64,000 bases of DNA from Nitrospirota bacterium (GCA_963703955.1 CAVPGK010000023.1:1-64000); one strand, 5' to 3'. Counted from the first letter of the stretch, positions 51,384 through 60,883 are shown. The notes: generated by a model not told the origin, from the letters alone. A program made the numbers and translations.

Positions 51384-53033
51384 TCACATCTCCTTGAGAT
51401 ATTCGTGCACGAACTTGACGGCCATCGCACCCTCGCCGACGGCCGAGGCGACGCGCTTGATCGAATCGGATCGCACGTCCCCTGCGGCGAATACACCGGG
51501 ACGGCTGGTCTCCAATAGGAACGGCTGTCTGGGGGAACTCCAATGTGGGGACTGTGCCAGCGGCGCACCGGTACGGATAAACCCTTTGTTGTCCCGTTCG
51601 ATCTCTGCGGGCAACCAGTCGGTTCGCGGTACCGCTCCGATGAACGTGAATACCGCCGGTGTTTGCACTGTCCGCTCGTGCCCGGTCTTGTGATTGAGCA
51701 TCTCGACAGAGCCAAGCTGGCCGTTCCCGCTCATCCGCCGAATTGTCGTGTTCGTCAGGACTTCGATGTTGACGATCTGTTCGATTCGTCTGACCAGGTA
51801 GCTGGACATATCCTTATGGAGGTCATTGCCGCGAATGAGGAGGATCACCTTGCTGGCATGGCCGGCGAGGAAGACCGCCGCCTGACCGGCGGAGTTGCCC
51901 CCACCTACGAGTACCACCTGGACTCCCCGGCACATCTGCGCTTCAGTGGGCGTCGCCGCATAGTACAGACCCCTCCCTTCGAATTGGTCTTCACCCTCGA
52001 CGCCCAGTCGCCGGTAGTCAACACCGGTCGCGATGAGGAGACACTTGGTGGTGACGGCTTCTTCGCCGTCCAGATGTACCGTGCAATAGGATTTGTCGAA
52101 TGTCAGACGTGTCACCGGTGAGGGAACTGCGATGCGGACACCGAACTTGTTTGCCTGGAGGATGGCGCGATCGGTCAGCTCGCCTCCGGTCACACCAGCG
52201 GGAAAGCCCAGATAGTTTTCGATTCGCATGCTGGTGCCGGCCTGCCCGCCCGGGGCAGTGCGCTCGAGGACCGCGGTCCGCAGCCCTTCTGATGCCCCAT
52301 AGACCGCCGCCGCCAACCCCGCGGGCCCGGCCCCCACGACGACTAGGTCATATACCGTCTGGTCCAGCGGATGATGGATGCCGATCCGTTCGGCCAGCTC
52401 CCGGTTCGAGGGGTTACGGAGGAGCACCATGCTGCTGCAGGCGATGACCGGGGTGTCGACCTCGGTGACGTTAAACTGCTTGAGCACCTTATCCACTTCC
52501 GGATTGGTTTCCAGGTCCACCCAGGTGAACAGCACTCGGTTCTTGGCCAGAAAGTCGCGCACGCGAAAGGTATCCGGTGAGTAACGCGACCCGATCACCC
52601 GTAAGCCGGTAAACTCCGACGATTGCCGCAGAAGTTGCCGGCGGGCGATGAACGCCTGAAGGATAATGTCACTGAGGGCCGGGCACTGATTGAGGGTCTG
52701 CCTGAGGGCATCTCCCGAAATCTCGTACACTTCACAATCGCCCCTGGCGACCGCAGTGACCACCGAGGGATTGCCGGTCAGGTGTGAGATATCGCCGGTA
52801 AACCCGCCCTTGCGATGGACCGTCAGTGTCTTCGACACGTCGCCGGAGTAGTCGACGATATCAACTTCACCCGACTTGAGGACATGGAACTTGAAGTTGC
52901 GATCGCCGGCCGCAAAGAGTTTCTCCCCATCCCGATACAACTTCGATATCGCGCTGGTACAACGGCCGAGCTCGGCGATTTGCGCCTCGTCGAGCGTCGG
53001 AAAGGCAATGGTTTGAAGATCGTGTTCGGCCAT
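51384..53033 (-). CDS. Cyclic-nucleotide-binding domain / thioredoxin-reductase-like FAD oxidoreductase
   Basis: N-terminal cNMP-like domain, GAGPAGL, IENYLGFP, GGGNSAGQ, GDVR; RBS aggagg. Confidence 0.9.
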   Translation of the reverse strand: MAEHDLQTIAFPTLDEAQIAELGRCTSAISKLYRDGEKLFAAGDRNFKFHVLKSGEVDIVDYSGDVSKTLTVHRKGGFTGDISHLTGNPSVVTAVARGDCEVYEISGDALRQTLNQCPALSDIILQAFIARRQLLRQSSEFTGLRVIGSRYSPDTFRVRDFLAKNRVLFTWVDLETNPEVDKVLKQFNVTEVDTPVIACSSMVLLRNPSNRELAERIGIHHPLDQTVYDLVVVGAGPAGLAAAVYGASEGLRTAVLERTAPGGQAGTSMRIENYLGFPAGVTGGELTDRAILQANKFGVRIAVPSPVTRLTFDKSYCTVHLDGEEAVTTKCLLIATGVDYRRLGVEGEDQFEGRGLYYAATPTEAQMCRGVQVVLVGGGNSAGQAAVFLAGHASKVILLIRGNDLHKDMSSYLVRRIEQIVNIEVLTNTTIRRMSGNGQLGSVEMLNHKTGHERTVQTPAVFTFIGAVPRTDWLPAEIERDNKGFIRTGAPLAQSPHWSSPRQPFLLETSRPGVFAAGDVRSDSIKRVASAVGEGAMAVKFVHEYLKEM

Positions 53034-53248
53034 AACTCCTCCTTTCAGGATTCCTCTTTACCTCGTGATATCAGCTGTCAATGCCATTCCTCGTGCAAGC
53101 AGATCCCGCGTCCCCTCCTGCACAAGACCAGCCGACGCTGCAAGAAGTCTCTGACAGACAGCCTCTGCCATCCCGCCTTGAGGCTACACCGCCGACCAGC
53201 GGGAGGGGACAACAGTGCATCGCACTTTGGCGGTCGTTTCTGCAGCCG

Positions 53249-53599
53249 TCAGAACACCATTGCGTGCTCGACGAGATACTTGCCTGCTTTCTCTACGAGG
53301 AGCATCTCGGCAACGAATTCTCCCGGCGCTTTTGTGAACCACTGCTTCCAAACAATGGCTGCGGCGCCAGGCCGTTTGAACACAGCTACCGCTTCCCGTC
53401 TGGAAAAGAATCCTTTCTCCCGCTGGTACTTCTCGCAGACTCTCTGAAGATACTCTTTGGTCACGATGCCCTTCATTCGTTCGCTGAAATCTCGAACGTG
53501 ACGCGCATGATCGATTGCGGTCGATGCGTCCATGAGATTATCCATGATCGGCTCGGCAATGCCGAGAATTTCGGCATCAGACATAGTTTCCAGTGTCAT
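53249..53599 (-). CDS. Hypothetical protein (possibly NTF2-like)
   Basis: 116-aa ORF with RBS aagga and protein-like composition. Confidence 0.65.
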   Translation of the reverse strand: MTLETMSDAEILGIAEPIMDNLMDASTAIDHARHVRDFSERMKGIVTKEYLQRVCEKYQREKGFFSRREAVAVFKRPGAAAIVWKQWFTKAPGEFVAEMLLVEKAGKYLVEHAMVF

Positions 53600-53818
53600 A
53601 GCGTTTCCTTTGGGTGCCAACTATTTGCGTATACCGACCGGCATCGTATGCACTGACGGTATCGGTGCTATGTCTCCTTGGTCGGATGATACATGTAGTA
53701 ATCTGCGCCATAGTCATCCGCGGCGTTTCCCTTCTCAACGCTCCCTAATTGAGCGCCTTCCCTACGCATTGTCGTGGCTACATTTCTGGCCCATGGACGT
53801 TGCCATGGAACCATGAAG

Positions 53819-53834
53819 GACCGGCATAAGTCCG
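53819..53834 (-). promoter_or_regulatory. Repeated intergenic motif, copy 3 (CGGACTTATGCCGGTC)
   Basis: 15/16 match to the core at 50839-50854. Confidence 0.4.
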
Positions 53835-53949
53835 CGTCCGACCGCTGCTTTGGACAAGGCGACTTCAGTATTCGAAGAACAGTTGATTTCTTCCGAGAAC
53901 ATCACAGGCACTGCCTCATGCGTACCTGCCGACCAGAGATAGTGGAAGG

Positions 53950-54418
53950 TTAGTCTCGGGCCAGAACCAGCTCCGGGTCGACGTTCTCTTCCTCTCGTAG
54001 GGCCGGCCTACCCTCTTTCGGACGATCCTCGAACCACGGGAAGAGCGCGGGGAGCAGTACGAGGGTCAACAGCGTGGATGTCAGCAACCCGCCGATGACG
54101 ACCACGGCTAGCGGCCGTTGCACTTCAGACCCAATCCCGTGTGAGAGGGCCAGCGGAAGAAGACCGAACAGGGAAACGAGTGCGGTCATGAGAACCGGCC
54201 GGAGGCGCAACAGACAGCCATGGATGATCGCCTCGTCGCCGTGCTGGCCGTCTTTGCGTAATTTGATAATGTACGACACCAGCACGATGCCGTTCAGAAC
54301 CGCCACCCCGAACAGATTGATGAACCCGACCGACGCCGGCACGCTCAGATATTCCCCGGTCAGCCAGAGGGCCACGATACCGCCGATCAGCGCAAACGGA
54401 AGATTGAGAATGATCAGA
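53950..54418 (-). pseudogene. C-terminal fragment of a CusA/CzcA heavy-metal RND transporter
   Basis: VGFINLFGVAVLNG, RLRPVLMTA, GSEVQRPLA.VVIGGL; N-terminal bulk absent. Confidence 0.85.
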
Positions 54419-54696
54419 GAACAACAGAATGAAGGAGAATAACGAAAAGACTCTAGTAGAGCAAGCGGGTTGGGATGAAGCAGATACTGTGAGCGAAGGC
54501 GCTAGCTGGATTCATGACGATGTTCACGGCGGGGGTCACTCCCACCGCGTCACAAGACTTCGGATCATCATCGCGGGTGCGTCAGCCTCGGGACCGCGGG
54601 TCGTCAATGGGTCGGAGGGCACCGGGAACGGCAACAGCGCGGGTCGCAAGGCGGCGGGGATTACGTGACCGCGGCGGGCCTGAAACCATCAGGAGG

Positions 54697-55224
54697 TCAT
54701 CGTCGAACAAGTTGTCGCCATAATGCTTTCGCCAACGTCAGCGGATGTGTAATGGGAATTATCAGGCGACCCATGGCGGTGGATGGGTCATGGAATACAC
54801 CAAGCTGCGCAAGGACAGTTGCACGGTCGTAATAGACCGTCTCAGCCTCGATCTTATCCAACTCATTGAAGGTGTACACCGCCCAGAGCGGGAATTTGAG
54901 GCGACGGCCCGTGCCAGGTAACCCTCGCCACGCCCCTTCATGCGTTCCGCTGACAACAACCAGTAGCGCCACCGCCTCACTACTCGTGAGGAGCTGTCGC
55001 ACGACTTCGATCACGAGGTCAGGCACAGCCTTCATGAGCTGTTCGTAATATGCTCGGACAGCGTCACGACCGACACGGTGATCATCCCACGGCTCGTCGT
55101 TATAGAATGCCTCCGCTCCAAAGGTTTCCATTATCCCGTTCAGATCATGATGATTCTCAAGTCGGAGATGCTCCTGAACTGTGCGAGTACGTGCTGCCAC
55201 ACGCTGATCCTGGCCTGCGACCAT
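54697..55224 (-). CDS. SnoaL-like ester cyclase family protein
   Basis: G.DAVRAYY, PDL, GTH.G.W.G.P.TGR, E..YYD. Confidence 0.85.
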   Translation of the reverse strand: MVAGQDQRVAARTRTVQEHLRLENHHDLNGIMETFGAEAFYNDEPWDDHRVGRDAVRAYYEQLMKAVPDLVIEVVRQLLTSSEAVALLVVVSGTHEGAWRGLPGTGRRLKFPLWAVYTFNELDKIEAETVYYDRATVLAQLGVFHDPSTAMGRLIIPITHPLTLAKALWRQLVRR

Positions 55225-55521
55225 ATCAACGGCTCCCTTTGCTCGCTTTTAAGCCTCGTGGTCTAGGTGGCACCGCTAGCTGGTCAGCCAGGGCATGGGC
55301 TTCAGAATCTTGATTTTCACACCACGGAGACCGCGTAAGTTTGGAGTCCTGTCGGGTTGGTCTGAATGCGAAGGATTCTCTGTGTCGCGGACCGATAGGA
55401 AAAGATCAGCTCCGAAGCTCAAGAGAAAGGGCATCAGAGAGCCTACGATCCAGTGGATAGGAACTTCGGACCAAATCCTTGCCAGACCCGGAGAACAGGT
55501 AAACAAGGTCGCTATCCCTTC

Positions 55522-55935
55522 TTATGCACTGACCGGCTGCGTTGAGTGCTTGGAGTCCCACGCCACTCCTTGCCCCACAGCCGCGGCCAGCATCCTCACG
55601 AGAAAACTGGAATCAATCGGCTTATGAATCCAAGCAAAGGCTCCTCGGGCCTCAGGCATTTCACTCATGTCCCACCGTGTTTCCGAGACGATCATGACCG
55701 GGGTGTCGGACCAGACGACCCGGCTCTGCGCCAAGAAATCGAGCCCGTCCAGGTGGGGCATTTGATAATCGGTGACCACAGCATCGAATCGACGCTGCCG
55801 CATTTCCCTGAGCGCCTGCAGACCATCGCAGGCCTGAACAACGCTGAAACCGGCCTGTTCCAACACCTGGACAATCTCCTCTCGCTCTCCCTGATCGTCA
55901 TTGACCACCAACACTCTTTTGCCATAACCAATCAT
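55522..55935 (-). CDS. Single-domain response regulator (CheY-like receiver)
   Basis: VLVVNDD, TDYQMP.LDG, KP; RBS aaggagg. Confidence 0.88.
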   Translation of the reverse strand: MIGYGKRVLVVNDDQGEREEIVQVLEQAGFSVVQACDGLQALREMRQRRFDAVVTDYQMPHLDGLDFLAQSRVVWSDTPVMIVSETRWDMSEMPEARGAFAWIHKPIDSSFLVRMLAAAVGQGVAWDSKHSTQPVSA

Positions 55936-56206
55936 AGAACCCTCCTTGGAGTTGGAATCCCCTTAGGCCTGTCCCCAGAGACGGCCGCGACGATCTTCGG
56001 ATCGTGATCACACCTCCATATCTTGCGGCATTACGTCTGACGCCACGCCTCCGCTGAGGCGGATGCAGCCGATTGGCTCGAATCACACTATCTTCGACAT
56101 TGCCACAGTTGCAGCATCTGATCCCATTGATGTCCATCCGACCAGCCTGTGCGGTTGCGTCACAGAACTCTGTGACGAGAAATCCCCCGCAACGTTGGCA
56201 ACTCAT
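55898..56206 (-). CDS. Small Zn-ribbon protein (CxxC...CxxC)
   Basis: MSCQRCGG...RCCNCG; RBS aaggagg; C-terminal tail overlaps the next gene and may be frameshift-extended. Confidence 0.65.
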   Translation of the reverse strand: MSCQRCGGFLVTEFCDATAQAGRMDINGIRCCNCGNVEDSVIRANRLHPPQRRRGVRRNAARYGGVITIRRSSRPSLGTGLRGFQLQGGFYDWLWQKSVGGQ

Positions 56207-56242
56207 GCGCGGCCCTCCTTTCCATCCGGAAGGCTCTGGCCC

Positions 56243-56437
56243 CATGAGGTGCGGCCGCTTCCCCTGGCTGCTCATCACGGTGTGCCTAGCCATTGGCGTT
56301 GATAGCCCGTGAATCGCAGTAAAGCCCATAATACTCATCGAGAAGGATAAGAGTGAGGCTCATGTGTTTGTGCGGAGTGGCCATTGTGGCTTGTCAGAAT
56401 TGTCTGACAGAGAAAGGCTAGAACAAGGAATGTGGGG
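56243..56437 (-). repeat. ~195-bp element copy A with palindrome TGTCAGA-N4-TCTGACA (56392-56409)
   Basis: Inverted homolog of 60686-60883, including a 28-nt identical block (56297-56324). Confidence 0.8.
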
Positions 56438-56505
56438 GGCGGGGCTTATGTCGCAGCGGGTAGGGAACTAGTGTGGGAAGCTGTATGAAGCACCAGCTTT
56501 TATGG

Positions 56506-57144
56506 TCATTCAACAATACCATGCTGAACAGCATAGCGTGCCAAATCCGCATTCGTCCGAAGATTCAGCTTTACCAGGATGCGGGAACGGTAGGTACTGA
56601 TGGTTTTGATGCTTAGAGAGAGTCGATCGGAAATGTCAGTAATCGTACTTCCGGCGGCGATCAAGCAGAACACCTGATACTCACGATCAGAGAGGGTACT
56701 GTGAGGTGGCTCCTCGCTGTCGCCGTATTGATCAAGATGCGCTGCAAGGAGTTCAGCGGCTTTGGGCGTGATGTATCTCCCCCCATTCCAGATCTTTTTG
56801 ATAGCATGAACCAATTCCTGCGGAACGCTCTCTTTCGTCAAATAGCCAGCGCCCCCAGCGCGTATCACCCGCACGGCAAACTGATCCTCGGGATGCATGC
56901 TTAATACCAGCACGGGAAGGCTCGGGCAGAGCCGTCTTAGCTCCTGTAACGCCTCCAGCCCGCCACGTCCCGGCATAGTCAGATCCAGCACGACCATGTC
57001 CCATCGCTGTTTCTGAGCCTGCTCGAGCAACTCGTGGACATTCGACGCTTCACCAATCACGGCCCCTGGGAATTCATCGGTTAGTATCTGAATCACGCCG
57101 CGGCGCAAGTACGGGTGATCGTCTGCGAGAAGAATGTTAATCAT
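56506..57144 (-). CDS. NarL/UvrY-family response regulator (REC + LuxR HTH)
   Basis: MINILLADDH, LDLTMPG, GYLTK, LSDRE, LSLSIKTISTYR. Confidence 0.93.
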   Translation of the reverse strand: MINILLADDHPYLRRGVIQILTDEFPGAVIGEASNVHELLEQAQKQRWDMVVLDLTMPGRGGLEALQELRRLCPSLPVLVLSMHPEDQFAVRVIRAGGAGYLTKESVPQELVHAIKKIWNGGRYITPKAAELLAAHLDQYGDSEEPPHSTLSDREYQVFCLIAAGSTITDISDRLSLSIKTISTYRSRILVKLNLRTNADLARYAVQHGIVE

Positions 57145-58717
57145 CTGTTGTCCGACACAGTGGGATCCGAACAGTGACCGTTGTTCCAGTTCCCGAAGAT
57201 CCCTGAATGTTGACCTCACCGCCCTGTTGCTGGGCACGGAGCCGCATCCCCAGCAGACCGAAGGCTTTCGGTCCGGATTGCTCCGCGTCCGTGATACCCC
57301 GGCCGTTATCTCTGACTTGCATGGAAACAGTTTCACCTGATTGTTCCAACCTGATGTGGACGCAGGTGGCTTTTGAGTGCCGGGCCACGTTGGTCAAGAT
57401 CTCTTGAAGGATGCGGAACAGCGCGGTTGATTGCTCAGGCCCCAGAACTATGTTTTGAGGACGGATATATGATTCACATGAAATCCCAGTCCGATTTTGA
57501 AACTCTCGACCCTGCCACTCGACCGCAGCCTCCAGGCCTAATTCGTCCAAGACGCCGGGCCTCAATGCCGTCGCGATCTCACGCACCGATTGAATCGTTG
57601 AGTCAAGGAGTTCCAATGCCGAGGCAAGTCTCGCATGCACATCGGTAAGTTGGAGCGATCCGGTCGATTCTGTGATGCGTTTGCGGACCCATGTCACATC
57701 CAGCTTGAGTGCAGTCAACGCCTGCCCCAACACATCATGAATTTCCAGTGCGATTCGCGCTCGCTCTTCTTCCTGCGCCGATTCTAGACGAGCAGCAAGC
57801 GCCTCTAGTTGGTTGCGAGAGTTGAGGAGTGCCTCTTTCACGCGCTTACGATCGGTAATGTCCATCGAATAACCGATTATGCCGATTGGAGTTTGCGTAT
57901 CATCCCTCAGCAGCGTGAGGGAAAGCTGGGCGAAGCGCACTTCTCCGGACTTGGTCAGTCTGCGAACCTCGATCTGGTGGGTTCCTTTGGCTTTCGCAGG
58001 GGCGATGACCTCACGCTCGAGAAACTCACGGTCTTCCACCGGATAGACGAATGAGATATGTCTGCCGAGCGCCTCTAGCGCGGGATATCCAAGCAACTTT
58101 TCAGCGCCTTTATTCCAGCTCGTCACAAAGCCGTCCAAATCAACGGAGATGACGGTCTCCTGGATCTGATCGATAATGTCAGCCTGCCTTCGTATCACCT
58201 CATCTGCCTGTCTTCGCGCAGTGACGTCGGTCCAAAGACCGACGATTTCCTGCGGGGTTCCGTCTGATCGCCGGATCAACACTGCCTCGTCCCGAAACCA
58301 GCGGTATTCGCCGCTGCGTGTCTGCCAACGGTATTCCGTGGCCAGATTGCCCTCTAGCGATAGCTTCTCAAACTCCCTCAGGGCCCTCTCTCGGTCGTAG
58401 GGATGAAGCCGCGAGGCCCAGAGGGATGAGTCATCCAAGAACAGACGGTGGGAGAAACCGGTCAGCGCCTCGATGTTCTCACTAACCCACATTGCACCGA
58501 AGTCTCCCGACGGTTTAGCAGAGTACATCACAACAGGTAAGGTACGCAGAATCAATTCTTGGTGGGCCCGCCCTGCAAGCGAGGCTCGCTCGTGAATGTT
58601 CCTACAACGAATGGCCTTCGAGATGCGCTGGACAAGCCTATTCATATTCAGTGTAAAGATCATGCGGCTTCTTGTCAGGATGCTCCTGGTGCTCGATGGG
58701 CTTCTTGGATGGCGCAC
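57137..58717 (-). CDS. Cytoplasmic PAS-PAS sensor kinase (HisKA_3)
   Basis: Two PAS/PAC units, EERARIALEIHDVLGQ, QEILTNVARH, DNGRG, GLLGM; overlaps the regulator start; start uncertain. Confidence 0.9.
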   Translation of the reverse strand: MRHPRSPSSTRSILTRSRMIFTLNMNRLVQRISKAIRCRNIHERASLAGRAHQELILRTLPVVMYSAKPSGDFGAMWVSENIEALTGFSHRLFLDDSSLWASRLHPYDRERALREFEKLSLEGNLATEYRWQTRSGEYRWFRDEAVLIRRSDGTPQEIVGLWTDVTARRQADEVIRRQADIIDQIQETVISVDLDGFVTSWNKGAEKLLGYPALEALGRHISFVYPVEDREFLEREVIAPAKAKGTHQIEVRRLTKSGEVRFAQLSLTLLRDDTQTPIGIIGYSMDITDRKRVKEALLNSRNQLEALAARLESAQEEERARIALEIHDVLGQALTALKLDVTWVRKRITESTGSLQLTDVHARLASALELLDSTIQSVREIATALRPGVLDELGLEAAVEWQGREFQNRTGISCESYIRPQNIVLGPEQSTALFRILQEILTNVARHSKATCVHIRLEQSGETVSMQVRDNGRGITDAEQSGPKAFGLLGMRLRAQQQGGEVNIQGSSGTGTTVTVRIPLCRTTDD

Positions 58718-58767
58718 CGGAAGAAGTCCTTACTGAAACCCTCACGACCGATGAAGCGTCCGCGATG

Positions 58768-58932
58768 TTAGGCTGCGATAGTTGGGGTGCTATCTTTCAG
58801 GGGTCCAGTAGTCCCGTTATCTTTCTGAAGTGATCCATGAGCCTGGCAGTACCAATGCCGGTAATCATAGAGCACTATGAGGATGGCTACCACATCGAGT
58901 ACGAACCATGTGATCACAATGTTCAGCAGCAT
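58768..58932 (-). CDS. Small single-TM protein (54 aa), absent from the ORF track
   Basis: RBS agaggt; MLLNIVITWFVLDVVAILIVLYDYRHWYCQAHG... Confidence 0.4.
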   Translation of the reverse strand: MLLNIVITWFVLDVVAILIVLYDYRHWYCQAHGSLQKDNGTTGPLKDSTPTIAA

Positions 58933-59320
58933 ATACCTCTGGTGGAATTCTTTCCGTTCGTTGCTAGAAGGTTACGCAACGCCATGCCGTTCCGGTACAG
59001 ACACGCCCATGGAAATGGTTAAGCTTAACGATACCTTGCGATGTGACCAAGGTGCAAGTGAACTCCACGGTGTCAAATTTGAGACGACCTGACAGACTGC
59101 TACCGCTAGGTTGCAACACCTCGGCAAGCCATTCGGTCGTTCATTTTGGCTACTCTCACAGTAAGCCGCACAGCCGCTTTGTGCCGTAATTCATTCATCG
59201 CTTCGGCGTTACCCAAACACCTTGCTTTTGGACAACGGGCTGGGGATGTTCTCTAGAAACCTCATCTAACGCACCAGCACGACGGGGATAGACGTCATGG
59301 TCGGCGGCTTTGTCGTGCCT

Positions 59321-60342
59321 TCATCGCGTGGCGGCGTCGCCCTCGACGATAACCTTGGCGGTCCAAGTCATCCCTTTCGAGACCGGCTGACTAGAAAGAA
59401 ACGCGGTAAGAAAACTTCTGTAACCCAAATTCGTATCATAACGCGTACAACCCTGAAAGCGTGAAAGCAAAGGCTGGCGTAATCATGTCGGCCCAGTGTG
59501 GCTGCTTGTCCTCCGACAAATTCGCAAAGATGATTATCAGAGGCCTGTGATCGGCATTGAACCATTGAACCCTCATCCCGTGTTCAGAAAGTTAATTTCG
59601 ATCTCATGAACTCTCCCTGTTCTATTGATGATTTAGTAATACAGTGACATTTTACAAAGGCAGATGAAGACGATGGTGCGGCCTTCGGCCGCGGCGTTTT
59701 TTTTACCTGGGGCCACTGCGTCCGCTTCCAGTCCCGAATGGCCGCCTCATCGCGTTGGCGCGCCTGCCCGGTCGGCCGTTGGCAGCTCCACCCCAGCGTT
59801 CGCAGGATCTGCCAGACCCGGGCGTGGCTGTATCGGACGCCGCACTGGGTCTCAATGAGCTGGGCGACGCGCTTGAGCGTCCACAGCCCGGCGGAGTACC
59901 CCTGCGCTTCTGGCCCCGCCGTCAACGCGCGCTTCACCGTGCGGAGATCCCCGGCCGTCAGTTGCGGTGGGCGTCCCGCACGCCCCACCTGGCGCAAGCC
60001 GCGTCGGCCCTGCGCGGCCAGGCTGTGCTGCCAGCGATGGACGGACTGGCGGGACACGCCCAGCCGTCGGGCCACCTCCGCCGGCCAGACGCCCTGCTTG
60101 AGCAGCCGCGCCGCCTCGAATCGGCGCCGTTCCATCGCATCGAAATCTCGTGTGGCCCCTGCTCGTGCCATGTACACCTCCTCTGGGGTACCAAGAGGCG
60201 CGAGTCTAACACAAGCGGCTTGAAAATGTCACTGTATTATTTAAACATCAATAGTTGAGTTGGGCAGGTCCTTCCCAACGGCGCACCCACCGAGAACAAG
60301 AAGTATGAGTCCGACTCCGACTCTGAAACCCTTTGATTTCAA
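59321..60342 (-). pseudogene. Degraded lipoprotein gene (possibly cupredoxin-like) interrupted by an IS630 derivative
   Basis: LGGC lipobox 5' of the IS; removing the IS restores PNSTRTGRVHEIEI; downstream pieces VQWFN, DYASLCF and KVIVE lie in shifting frames. Confidence 0.55.
59625..60251 (-). mobile_element. Internally deleted IS630-family element (non-autonomous)
   Basis: Inverted repeats 59622-59653 / 60223-60254 (29/32 including flanks); TA duplication in a CTAG target; HTH OrfA (VARRLGVSRQSVHRW, WTL, LGWSCQRP), A8 slippery run; breaks after RTIVFI, before the first catalytic Asp. Confidence 0.9.
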
Positions 60343-60685
60343 CTTCCTCGTTCTTTTGATGTTGGCATGGCGATCTCCTGCCCGGCAGCCTGCTCCCATA
60401 TAGCTCCGCATGTTATGCGTCGAGAATCCGCTGGGCTGTAGGACTAGACTGAAATTCATGTAAGAGCTATTCTGCAAACTACGACCATTGCCGCTTGTGC
60501 CCTGCTGACCCCGTGCAACAGCCTGCACAAGAGCCGTCCGGGCATCTGCCCGCTCGGATGGGCACAACCCCCGCGTGGCCTGCGAGGACTTACTTCATGC
60601 TCGCGTTGATCAAACTGCGTGTTTCGCTGAAGTGGCCGCCCGAGGCGAACTGAGTTTCGTTACCTTGGCGTCATCATAGTGCCGA

Positions 60686-60883
60686 CCCACCATTCCTTGT
60701 TCTGCCCTGTCAGACAATTCCGACAAACGACAAAGGCTACTTCGCACAAACACATGAGGCTTCCTCTCATATTTCTCGATGAGCTACGGGGTCTTTACTG
60801 CGATTCACGGGCTATCAACGGCAATGGCTTGGGCACACCGTGATGGGGCCAGCCAGGGGAAGGGAAGCCGGCCGCACCTCATG
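60686..60883 (+). repeat. ~195-bp element copy B with palindrome TGTCAGA-N4-TCCGACA (60708-60725)
   Basis: Inverted homolog of 56243-56437. Confidence 0.8.

Noticed and set aside
58975..58989. Sigma54 promoter (cggcatggcgttgc) on the - strand
   Set aside because: GG-to-GC spacing is 9 nt rather than the required 10
60770..60883. Csr/Rsm-type sponge sRNA identity for the duplicated element
   Set aside because: It has several ANGG words but few true GGA motifs, and some are lost in copy A, so a CsrA-sponge call is not supported
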